From Candidatus Levyibacteriota bacterium (GTDB taxonomy: Bacteria; Patescibacteriota; Microgenomatia; Levybacterales; UBA12049), in assembly GCA_013816255.1 (NCBI GenBank), contig JACDET010000007.1:1-42991 (forward strand): a stretch of DNA of 42,991 bases, written 5' to 3'. The translations under genes were made by a program, and so were the position numbers. The number at the start of each line of letters is the position of its first letter. The first letter of the stretch is position 1. This document shows positions 26,497 through 35,505 of this stretch, one piece after another. Under the pieces are notes generated by a model, which was not told the DNA's origin, did not search any database, and worked only from the letters and a program-made list of their open reading frames with translations.

Positions 26497-26527
26497 CTAG
26501 TAAATTCAAAGAGTTTTAAAACACGTA

Positions 26528-28534
26528 CTAATTACTATTCGTAGACACCATATGGAGAAGTAATGACTTTGGCATTCTATCATTTGGTTTTAGATTCTTT
26601 GGAATATCTTTAATTGCCACATCCTTATGATAGGATTTAAAGACCAAGAAGAATTCAGCCCACTCTTCTGTCAGACTTCCATCAGCATTGATAAAATCTT
26701 TTTCGTACGCATCAAAGTTAGGAACAGCAGCCAAGTAATCTGATGCGGGTGTTATTGGTAATAATTGTATACCGTAAATCATATTAGTTTCTTTACTAAA
26801 CCAAGTCGCAAAATCAACTTTCCCACCCCATACGATTGATGCAATCTTATACTTATATGGCTCTTTGTATATATCTGCTGTGTCAAACCAGTAATACATT
26901 GTAGAAACAACTTCAGTGTTATAAAGATATAAGCCTGTATTTTGCAATGCTACGTCATTGGTTTGTTTTCCCCAAAGATAAATACTGTACCATGCATTAA
27001 TTGCTTCAGAAGTTGACTCCTGATTGTTGCCATCGCTTGCATCACCATAACCATCTGCCCATGAATGTCCTTCATACGTATCAAAGTTTCTTATATATGG
27101 ATATTCATCAGACGACCTATCGGTATTTGCAATATCATTTACCATTGCACCGACATTCTCTTCTATAGTGCCTTTTTCTTTCACATCTTCACCCAACAGG
27201 ATTGCCCCCATTCTGATGTAGTATCCATAATGAAAGTGATGATCATTGAGTTCATCATTACCGAATTCTGGTTTTAGTGAAACGAAACTATATTTTGCAT
27301 TATCATACTTGTAATACTTTAAACTGTCGGTAAAGATTGGGGTGACGTATGATACAAGTTTTTGTTTTTCTTGTGTTAAGCCATACACTTCTGCTAATTG
27401 AATCAATGATGTCACTTTCCCAAACCATGTTCCAAGAAAATAATTTTTACTGTCAGGCGCTTTTTCTTTTAATTGTTGTTCAATATCTTTTTTCAACTGA
27501 GCTTTAATTTCTGATTCGTTCGTTGTGGCTTTGATAAACGTTTGGTTTGGAATAATTGCCGGAATAGATGTTGTAAATGCATTCAAAGCAACAAGCTTTG
27601 CTTTCCCCCGAAGAGTAGTATATTCACCAATTGGTGTAACTTTATTTATTAGATTATCAAATTGATGTGGTAATAACGTCGTCAAAACTTTGTCATTATT
27701 TGTACTATCAAATGTGTACGTTGTATTAAGTTCCTTACTGTTTATTTCCTGACTTACTGAAGTATTAGTAACTTCAGTATTTGCGTATTGTAAAAACGTA
27801 TCTATATTTTCTGGTTTATCTACCAAAGAAACAACTATTTTTTTGGGTTGCACAATATCAATACCTTTGGATGAATATTTTATTTCGCGCTCTTGATCAA
27901 GTGACACCAAATAATATTTTTTATCCATTCGCAAAACTATATTTTTTGTTTTTGTATTTTTTGATTCTTTTGTAAGTTCGTTGGGTTGGTAAAACTTTAT
28001 TGCATTTTTACTGGTAATCTTTATGTTTGATTCTGTGTTTGCATTGATCACAAATGAGGGAGCACCATGCATGAGATTGACACTAAACTCATCATTTTTA
28101 ACTGATTTTAATTGCAACTGCACATTCCAATCACCAATTGCAGCTATCTTTGGTCTGTTGATATTACTTTCAAAACCAATCAGTATATCTTCAGTAAATG
28201 GTGCAAAAACTGTTTTGGCTGATGATGTAATTTCAGGATACGAAACACTTAATCCATTTTTTTCTATCTTATACGCAAGTGGATATGCATACATTGGATT
28301 TGATGGAAAACTTTTATAGATGGTACTATACCATTGGTTGGAGTGAATTGGGTTCAGAGAATGTGACGATGCAGTAACTGATTCTTTTTCGGTTTGTGGT
28401 TTGTTTGTAAACGATCCTTGAACAATTGCTTTTTCTTGCATAGCATTATTTAATAACACAATAGATAGTACTATTCCAGTTACTCCAATTAAAATAAAGC
28501 TTAAAAGTTTAGGTTTACTATTAGTCATGTGCAT
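26528..28534 (-). CDS. Membrane-anchored GH81 endo-beta-1,3-glucanase
   Basis: NDHHFHYGYYIRMGAIL, FDTYEGHSWADG and DGNNQESTSEAINAWY (E-x3-E catalytic pair spacing). N-terminal TM anchor. The ATG at 28534 gives a TAATG overlap with the upstream stop. The track start at 28561 is an alternative. Confidence 0.85.
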   Translation of the reverse strand: MHMTNSKPKLLSFILIGVTGIVLSIVLLNNAMQEKAIVQGSFTNKPQTEKESVTASSHSLNPIHSNQWYSTIYKSFPSNPMYAYPLAYKIEKNGLSVSYPEITSSAKTVFAPFTEDILIGFESNINRPKIAAIGDWNVQLQLKSVKNDEFSVNLMHGAPSFVINANTESNIKITSKNAIKFYQPNELTKESKNTKTKNIVLRMDKKYYLVSLDQEREIKYSSKGIDIVQPKKIVVSLVDKPENIDTFLQYANTEVTNTSVSQEINSKELNTTYTFDSTNNDKVLTTLLPHQFDNLINKVTPIGEYTTLRGKAKLVALNAFTTSIPAIIPNQTFIKATTNESEIKAQLKKDIEQQLKEKAPDSKNYFLGTWFGKVTSLIQLAEVYGLTQEKQKLVSYVTPIFTDSLKYYKYDNAKYSFVSLKPEFGNDELNDHHFHYGYYIRMGAILLGEDVKEKGTIEENVGAMVNDIANTDRSSDEYPYIRNFDTYEGHSWADGYGDASDGNNQESTSEAINAWYSIYLWGKQTNDVALQNTGLYLYNTEVVSTMYYWFDTADIYKEPYKYKIASIVWGGKVDFATWFSKETNMIYGIQLLPITPASDYLAAVPNFDAYEKDFINADGSLTEEWAEFFLVFKSYHKDVAIKDIPKNLKPNDRMPKSLLLHMVSTNSN

Positions 28535-29304
28535 TAATCTACGGAGAGTATTTTTGACCAAACGCCATTGATTACATCAAAAGGTTTGCTCGTAAATTCT
28601 TTCTTCTCATCAAGAAGAAGAGTCATTTCTTCATTATGAAGGAGGTTCTCACCATCATCTTTATTTTTTAACGTGAAAAACACACCAATCTTACTTTCTT
28701 TATCATCAGGATTAATTTTTTTGTCCGGGCTAAGATTTGAGAAATTTAGTTCGACAAATTGGCTGAGTCTTTCACTATATGCAGTAATAGAATCGAGATT
28801 CATTACTTGTTTATACTCTTGATCTGAAAGTTCAATATAAAACCTTGTATCTTCATTTGTATAAATTGTATAGAGCCTATCGGATGGATTTACTGTTTCA
28901 CCTTCAGAATAATTTACTTCAGAAACATAGCCAGATACTGGGGAAACAATTTCTAATTGCTGTGCTGCTTGTGATGCAACTGCGAGTTCTGTTTTTGCAG
29001 ATAGATTGTTGGTAGCAGCTGATAACACTTTTATTTTGCTATCTAATTCTGGATTGATTAATTCTACGATCTTGTCACCTTCTTTTACTTTTTCGCCTTC
29101 GTTAAAATATATTTTTGAAACATTACCTCTTGCTTCAGCAATAATGATTGAATCTTTCTTATCAATTGTTCCAACAATAACTCCAGTAGCATTATTATAA
29201 TCTGTCATTTTCTTTGACAAAGCATATGTGGAAATCCCAAAAGCCACAATCACAACGAGTGCAATAATTGAGATATTTAATAATGTAACAACAAATTTAC
29301 TCAT
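28534..29304 (-). CDS. HlyD-like membrane-fusion/adaptor protein
   Basis: Single N-terminal TM segment. GNVSKIYFNEGEKVKEGDKIVEL, a short helical hairpin, then IVSPVSGYVSEVNYSEGETVNPSDRLYTIY (split lipoyl-like motif). The ATG at 29304 forms an ATGA overlap with the upstream stop. Confidence 0.7.
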   Translation of the reverse strand: MSKFVVTLLNISIIALVVIVAFGISTYALSKKMTDYNNATGVIVGTIDKKDSIIIAEARGNVSKIYFNEGEKVKEGDKIVELINPELDSKIKVLSAATNNLSAKTELAVASQAAQQLEIVSPVSGYVSEVNYSEGETVNPSDRLYTIYTNEDTRFYIELSDQEYKQVMNLDSITAYSERLSQFVELNFSNLSPDKKINPDDKESKIGVFFTLKNKDDGENLLHNEEMTLLLDEKKEFTSKPFDVINGVWSKILSVD

Positions 29305-30788
29305 GACTTTTTTGATACTCCGTGAAATATAAAAAGGAACAGAACATAAGAATTTAGTAGAACCCAAAATGTACTTACGGCTGTTGTCACTACATCATTA
29401 GGGTTATACCATCCTACCACAACAGCAAGAATTGACAAAACTATTATTAACACATGCGGCCAAATATCACTCATCAGTAAATAAACACTTTTACTTTTTG
29501 ATTCAGTTGCTACCCATTTGTAGTTATTTTTTAGAGCTACAGAAACGAATGCTTTCAAGTATGGAGCAAAACTTGCAGCAGATGTACTTATCGTTGACAT
29601 CTTTATCGTTCCAAGCAAAAACCATGGCAAGAAGTAGACAGTTATAAAGTATGGGATGTAATGAATAAACCAATTATTACTATTAGTAATATCCATAGGA
29701 TGTAAGCCGAAGAGTAAATAAATAATTGGGAACAATAGAAAAATTAATACTGTGAACGCACTGAAGTAATGTATGTTTGAGAAAAAATACTGTAGCCGTT
29801 GATCTAGAGTAAGCTCTTTAATAAATAAGGGATTGTGTGTAAAAAACAGTGAAAATCCTCCTCTACTCCATCTATTTTGTTGTCTAAAGAATGATCCAAT
29901 TGTTTCTGGTGCGACACCTTCTGCCAAGATCTTATTATAAAATATTGTTTCCCATCCTTTCTCATGCAAGAGAATTGACGTCCATATATCTTCTGAGTGA
30001 TCACGTAATGCAACTCCTCCGATGTCAGTTAACGCAGACCTTCTATAAATCATGTTCGTTCCAACACAAAAAGCTGAATTATAACTATTCTTTGCAGGTT
30101 GTACATATTTATAAAATATGTCTTGGGCTTGTGCTGTACCAGATGCAATATAATTATCTGTATTGATAAAATGCTGTGGTGTTTGGACAAGTCCGACTTT
30201 TTCATTTTCGAAAAATGGTAAGAGCTCAGTAATAAAGTTTTTCTTTGGTACATGATCAGCGTCAAATACTGCTACATACGTTCCTTTGCAGAACTGTAAT
30301 CCATGATTGAGATTACCTGACTTTGCATGTCTTTTATTTTCTTTTGGCCTGGAGATGTAATGAGCTCCATGTTTTTCAGCCAATGCTTTTACTTCATCTG
30401 AATGTCCATCGTCCAAGATATAGGTTTTATGTGGATAGTCCATTGCTATAACATTAATGAGCGTTTTCTCAACAACTTTAATTGCTTCATTTGCTACAGG
30501 CATCAACACATCTACAGTTGGCTTTTTACTTTTTACCCAAGCATCTCGATAGCTGTAATCTTTTTTGAAATGTTGTGGTTGGAAAAGATCAAGTAAGATT
30601 GTTAACCAAAGAGCTGAAACGATAGAAATAGCAATGATATCTCCAGTTAACTGAAAAGCATATAAGAAGAGATTTCCTGCATTTGCAGGATTGAATACAT
30701 AGGTAGCGTAGAATAAAATTGTAAAAGGAGAAACAATAATAAATAATAATGCGGAGTTAGGTATGTAGTGTGTTTTAATTGACTTCAT
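29301..30788 (-). CDS. BcsA/CrdS-like processive GT2 beta-glucan synthase (no PilZ domain)
   Basis: Motifs LDDGHSD, HAKSGNLNHG, FDADHVP, VQTPQHF, CVGTNMIYRRSAL, HSEDIWTS, RQQNRWSRGG. The ATG at 30788 (MKSIKTHY) is preceded by AAAGGAG 5 nt upstream. The track start at 30818 is less likely. Confidence 0.85.
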   Translation of the reverse strand: MKSIKTHYIPNSALLFIIVSPFTILFYATYVFNPANAGNLFLYAFQLTGDIIAISIVSALWLTILLDLFQPQHFKKDYSYRDAWVKSKKPTVDVLMPVANEAIKVVEKTLINVIAMDYPHKTYILDDGHSDEVKALAEKHGAHYISRPKENKRHAKSGNLNHGLQFCKGTYVAVFDADHVPKKNFITELLPFFENEKVGLVQTPQHFINTDNYIASGTAQAQDIFYKYVQPAKNSYNSAFCVGTNMIYRRSALTDIGGVALRDHSEDIWTSILLHEKGWETIFYNKILAEGVAPETIGSFFRQQNRWSRGGFSLFFTHNPLFIKELTLDQRLQYFFSNIHYFSAFTVLIFLLFPIIYLLFGLHPMDITNSNNWFIHYIPYFITVYFLPWFLLGTIKMSTISTSAASFAPYLKAFVSVALKNNYKWVATESKSKSVYLLMSDIWPHVLIIVLSILAVVVGWYNPNDVVTTAVSTFWVLLNSYVLFLFIFHGVSKKS

Positions 30789-32766
30789 GCTTCTCCTTTC
30801 TACCGACCTTTTCAACAAGTCTATATATTAGTAGTGATGCGCCGGTAAAAAATATTAAGAATAAAGATACATAATGACTGATCGGCCACGTATGCTTCAA
30901 CACGAGTGTCCCGCCATTTGTATCTCTGACATCGACCAACATGAAGTTGGGTCCAAATGATGAGACTGAGACTTCTTTATCGTTGATATATGCTCTCCAC
31001 TGCGGATCATAACTTTCATTAACGAATAAATATGGTAACGTATTACCCGATGGGATTGCAACATTAACTTGATCATTTGAAGGATAAATAACATTTACAG
31101 GTTTACCAGACTGTTTAAATTCAGACATATATGTATTGACTAACTCGTCTAGTTGTTTTTGATCTTTGTTACTGAGAATATCTACTTCTTTTGGGAAATG
31201 TGGGAGTTTTAACGAGTTTTCATTAACAAGAAAAGCATTGGTAATTTCCCAGTTCATTTTTATATAATTAAAATCTTCATATTTTCCTTCAATTAGTTTA
31301 ACCTGTTTAATATTTTCTTTATTGTTTTCTATAAATGATTTACCAAGTAAATTGTCATTATTTAATAAAATATATTTTGTACCTGTTAATTTTAAGTAAT
31401 TATTTATAGTCTCTGTTGAAGATAAGGTTAAATTTTGCTCTTGGTTTGTATAAAGTAAATGCTGAGTTAGTCTCTGAGCAACTGAATTAGGTTCTAAATG
31501 CGCCATATAAGAGTAAGGAGAACTAACATCAGAATCAGCATAATAACTTGAAGATCCAATGTATGGACTCCATACTTTACCTTCCGTGAATGGTTCAGGA
31601 ATGTTATGTTCATAAACAGACTTGATCGGATCATTGACTTGATATTGGGGAGTAGGCGAATAAATTGTGGCATACCAAAGATTATCTACAAAAGCGATTG
31701 TCAAAAATAATATTAGTACCAATTTAACTATTAGAATCTTTGACTTAACTATGTATTCAATTAAAGATGCAATCACAAATAGCATACTAATACCAATGAA
31801 GAAAACACCTCTTGGAAATTGAGTTTGTGATATAAAATGTGGAAGCTCAAATTGTACTCCAACTATGACGAGTAATAAGTAAAGAGATGCAAAGATATAT
31901 AATACTTTCCCCCAACTTAAATTAGCTGTATTTTTAAAGAGAACAAGTATAGTAGTTGCAAATAACAATAATATAGTTAAATTTAATCCGTAAAATTCAT
32001 ATGTCTGTAAAGCAAGAGCCAAAAACTCTCTCGTTGAATAATAACTATGAGGAAAAGTATAGTTGCTTACTTGAAGTAACGGTAACCAAAATAACGATGA
32101 GGTAGCTAAAATTATTAAAAACTCAATTAATATACTTTTAGATAAAACTGTTTTATTTGAAAGAATATTTCCTAAAAGCCATAATGCAATTAATGAGAGG
32201 CCTAAGATTGGATGTATGTAGAATGATAATCCAATACTGTACACAAAGAATAAACTTATTTTATTGTTATAATATAAAATCCATAAATATATAAATAGAG
32301 GAGAAAATGTAAAAGCAAACATCAATGAATATTCATTAACTCCTTGCCAAAATTGAGCAATACTTAAAGACAATAATGAAATTACGAATGCTGTAAATGT
32401 TCCAAAATTTAATAAGCGCATTATTATGTAAATAAATACTCTTAATAGTACAAATTGAGCTACTGTAAGATAAATCATCGCAGTAGTAATAGATAATCCA
32501 AATGCTTTAACTACAAATAATGTAATTATGTGTGGTACAAATTGGTAAGAGTTCCAAATTGAAATTCCATTTGACCAGTTGTGTATCCATGAAGTGTATC
32601 CGTATTGATCTAAAATCTGTATTCTAAATGCATGCGCCATCCAGTCTTCGTATCCAGGGCTTAAAATTTCACCTTGCAAAAGAAAAGCAGAGATTGAGAA
32701 GGATATGATGATGAGGACAGCAACGAGAAAGATATCTAACAGATATTTTTTAATTATACTTGACAT
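30775..32766 (-). CDS. Large polytopic membrane protein with a C-terminal extracytoplasmic domain (possible GT-C/YfhO-like), function unknown
   Basis: About 13 TM segments in the first ~380 aa. The first loop has GYEDWMAHAFRI (D-x3-H-x2-R). The C-terminal ~280 aa are soluble, with a final TM segment. Confidence 0.45.
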   Translation of the reverse strand: MSSIIKKYLLDIFLVAVLIIISFSISAFLLQGEILSPGYEDWMAHAFRIQILDQYGYTSWIHNWSNGISIWNSYQFVPHIITLFVVKAFGLSITTAMIYLTVAQFVLLRVFIYIIMRLLNFGTFTAFVISLLSLSIAQFWQGVNEYSLMFAFTFSPLFIYLWILYYNNKISLFFVYSIGLSFYIHPILGLSLIALWLLGNILSNKTVLSKSILIEFLIILATSSLFWLPLLQVSNYTFPHSYYSTREFLALALQTYEFYGLNLTILLLFATTILVLFKNTANLSWGKVLYIFASLYLLLVIVGVQFELPHFISQTQFPRGVFFIGISMLFVIASLIEYIVKSKILIVKLVLILFLTIAFVDNLWYATIYSPTPQYQVNDPIKSVYEHNIPEPFTEGKVWSPYIGSSSYYADSDVSSPYSYMAHLEPNSVAQRLTQHLLYTNQEQNLTLSSTETINNYLKLTGTKYILLNNDNLLGKSFIENNKENIKQVKLIEGKYEDFNYIKMNWEITNAFLVNENSLKLPHFPKEVDILSNKDQKQLDELVNTYMSEFKQSGKPVNVIYPSNDQVNVAIPSGNTLPYLFVNESYDPQWRAYINDKEVSVSSFGPNFMLVDVRDTNGGTLVLKHTWPISHYVSLFLIFFTGASLLIYRLVEKVGRKEKHEVN

Positions 32767-32812
32767 AAGGCAGACTTTTATAAACTTTAGTTCACTTAAT
32801 TAACCACAGACT

Positions 32813-32865
32813 CTAGCATATCAAATTACTACTAAATATACTAATCTATAACATGCTTGAGGCTA
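32813..32865 (-). promoter_or_regulatory. Copy A of a conserved 53-nt upstream block (promoter/leader-like)
   Basis: Identical to 37042..37094 at 48 of 53 positions. It lies 47 nt upstream of the ATG of 30775..32766. Weaker similarity continues to about 32907. Confidence 0.5.
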
Positions 32866-32917
32866 AAGTGTCTAGAGGGGTGATAGTTATATAATAATTT
32901 ATGAGAATTTTCTTCAT

Positions 32918-35503
32918 CTAGCGTATGACAGCATTTAAATCGTCTAGATTGTATTTTCCACGACTGTCACCTTTTGGAGAGAAGCCGAAGGAATTGTCTT
33001 CTTTGATTGACCAATTCCATACCATGCTTCCACTATATCCCATGTTTCTAGCAGAGGACGAAATGTCTTGTAATGTTTCGAGTGGTTCTTTGCCGTATGG
33101 TTTGGTGTTTTTGGACACGCCGAATTCCTGAAGTAAAAGAGGTTTGCCTGCCCTGTCAGCAATACCTTTTTGTGTTGTCAGAAATGTCTTTACAGATGCA
33201 GGAGATGTGAATAATAACTTCTCCTTATCATACAAGTATACATGGACAGAACAGATATCGATATTTGGCTCGGCACATAACAGAGTATGACCCTCGTTGG
33301 TATTTGAACTTGTTCTTTCCGTACCGATAGTAAGCATATGTACATTATCAAGCGTACGAATGTATGTCGTCATCTCACCTAACCATGGCTTGATGACTGA
33401 TTTATCCTTTCCATCGATACGAGGTTCATTCATAATATCCCAGGCAAGTATTGCGGTCTCCTGCGCATATGTTTTGTGGGTTAGTGTATTTTGTCTTGTC
33501 ATAACATGATTTATATAATTTTTAAATAATGCTTTTGCTGCTTTATCAGTATAAAATGCATCTGTTTTACCCTTTGGGTTTTTTCCTATCCATCTGAGAT
33601 ATTGTTCTTTCCCGCCGTATTCAGGCCAGTTATTGATCAACACGGGAATTACCTTCATATCATATTGTTTGGCAAGTGCAAAAATAAGATCTGTGTTTTG
33701 CAATCTTTCTTCATTGAAGCTTCCAGCTGTTGGTTGAAAACTGTCTTTCGTCCCTTCTCCAAAAAACCAAAACCGCACAGTATTGACACCTGCCATGTGA
33801 AGATCATCAAATGTACTTCGTATCTCATCCTCACTTCTATATGCCAAATCGTACGAGTTAACGCCTTTAATAACAAAATCTTCTTCGCCAAAAACAATTT
33901 TTTTCTCCTCAATCCCAAGCACATAATCCCCCCGTTCTTTTAATGTAAAGATAAAAGCGTGATTTCCAGCATAGACTTGTTTATATTTTTTAAGAAACTT
34001 TTTTTTATCTTCTTTTAACGTATGATTGTACACTGATTCTCCTGTATCGCCATTGGCCATGACGACCCATTTGACGTGTTTTTCAGGGGCATCGAGGGTC
34101 TCTGCCCACATGTCACTCGCACCCTCATGAACAAATTGTTTTAACGGATGACCGCTGACAAAAGCAACTGAATTAAAAAATGAAGTTGATAAGAGAATCT
34201 TCTCATCATCCTTGACACGGTTTTTGAGCTCGCGGCCGATATCATAATTATCAAACGAACTTGAACCAATTGTTCCGTCAATAACATTGATCAAACTATG
34301 TTGTGACATGACAAAGGTTTGTATGACGATAAGTGCTACAACACCGACAGCCGCAGTTCTATGCACGCTTGCAAGCACTCCAACAAAAACAGCCACAAAT
34401 GGGAGCGCATAGATACCGTAGCGCACATTAAACCATTGTGCAGAAGGATTATTTGCTGTGTCCAAACCTAATTCAGGAACAGTAATAACCGAAAAACCGA
34501 GATATAAAGCAAGTATATTAAAAAATATCGGAGTAAATAAAAATGCAGTAATTAAAAATTTAAAAAGATTTTCTTTTGTCTTAGTAATAAAAAAATAGGA
34601 GAGTGAACCAATTATGCCAACGAACAGCATAAGTATACCGATATTACCTACCATTGAGTACCAATAGGCTTTTATTGCAATGAGTATATTATGTTTGGTA
34701 ACGAGTCCTGATTGTGCTTCAAGATTACTTTGTTGCGAATGTGCTGAATACGGGCCTGTGGCAAAATAAATGATATTATCAAAAATAAGATAATTCCACA
34801 AAAGCCAGATAGCTATCCCAAAGATCACAGGAAACGCAAAAACAGTTGTCTTTGCAGCGGCTTCTGAAAAAGCTCTCTTTTTATAAAACCACTCATAGGA
34901 CATAATCAATATCCCTTCACAGACCACAACGAACCATCCATCATAGCGGGTGAGCACTTGTAATGCGCCGAATAATCCAAGCAGTAACAGATATTTTGGA
35001 TTATCTTTTACGACATAGGCTGTAAAAGCCAAAGCAGATAATACAAAGAATGAAACATAAAGTGATTCGGTAAGCGGAGTTGCTTGTAAGTATAATATGT
35101 TTAGGTTAAGCGCAAAAGCTGCTGCGCCGATCATTGAGGCCCAAAAATTACTTGTGATGTACTGTACTATTTTAAAGACACTCAACGTCGCAACAACATA
35201 CCCAATCATCGAGAAAAGACTCCCAGCAAATCCACTATGCCATGACCAATTATCCCAGATCAATGTCATCGCAAGCAGATGTGGGACAGGAAGCCAGACT
35301 CCTCCGAGTTGCGAAAAACCTGGTTGGATATTATCAGTAACAAATCTGGCAATGTTCAAATGTGACATCGAATCGTTATACGTAATTGCTAGACCATTAA
35401 GATAATAATAATACCAAGATAAACCACTCAAGCATATAACGGTAAGTATTCCTACATACGTTAGAACTCGTTTTAAAAATTTTATTGTCAATACATTTTT
35501 CAT
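32918..35503 (-). CDS. Fusion protein: YND-SH-IAR family polytopic membrane domain (GT-C-like) plus C-terminal GH5 glycoside hydrolase (mannanase/cellulase-type)
   Basis: The N-terminal ~500 aa are collinear with 17077..18705. C-terminal ILAWDIMNEPR (acid/base) and PLLLQEFGV (nucleophile). Confidence 0.8.
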   Translation of the reverse strand: MKNVLTIKFLKRVLTYVGILTVICLSGLSWYYYYLNGLAITYNDSMSHLNIARFVTDNIQPGFSQLGGVWLPVPHLLAMTLIWDNWSWHSGFAGSLFSMIGYVVATLSVFKIVQYITSNFWASMIGAAAFALNLNILYLQATPLTESLYVSFFVLSALAFTAYVVKDNPKYLLLLGLFGALQVLTRYDGWFVVVCEGILIMSYEWFYKKRAFSEAAAKTTVFAFPVIFGIAIWLLWNYLIFDNIIYFATGPYSAHSQQSNLEAQSGLVTKHNILIAIKAYWYSMVGNIGILMLFVGIIGSLSYFFITKTKENLFKFLITAFLFTPIFFNILALYLGFSVITVPELGLDTANNPSAQWFNVRYGIYALPFVAVFVGVLASVHRTAAVGVVALIVIQTFVMSQHSLINVIDGTIGSSSFDNYDIGRELKNRVKDDEKILLSTSFFNSVAFVSGHPLKQFVHEGASDMWAETLDAPEKHVKWVVMANGDTGESVYNHTLKEDKKKFLKKYKQVYAGNHAFIFTLKERGDYVLGIEEKKIVFGEEDFVIKGVNSYDLAYRSEDEIRSTFDDLHMAGVNTVRFWFFGEGTKDSFQPTAGSFNEERLQNTDLIFALAKQYDMKVIPVLINNWPEYGGKEQYLRWIGKNPKGKTDAFYTDKAAKALFKNYINHVMTRQNTLTHKTYAQETAILAWDIMNEPRIDGKDKSVIKPWLGEMTTYIRTLDNVHMLTIGTERTSSNTNEGHTLLCAEPNIDICSVHVYLYDKEKLLFTSPASVKTFLTTQKGIADRAGKPLLLQEFGVSKNTKPYGKEPLETLQDISSSARNMGYSGSMVWNWSIKEDNSFGFSPKGDSRGKYNLDDLNAVIR

Positions 35504-35505
35504 AG

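Noticed and set aside
24296-30788. c-di-GMP control of the BcsA-like synthases through a PilZ domain or an upstream c-di-GMP riboswitch.
   Set aside because: Both proteins end shortly after the last TM helices with no RxxxR/DxSxxG PilZ motifs. The upstream regions are AT-rich and show no GEMM-like conserved stems.
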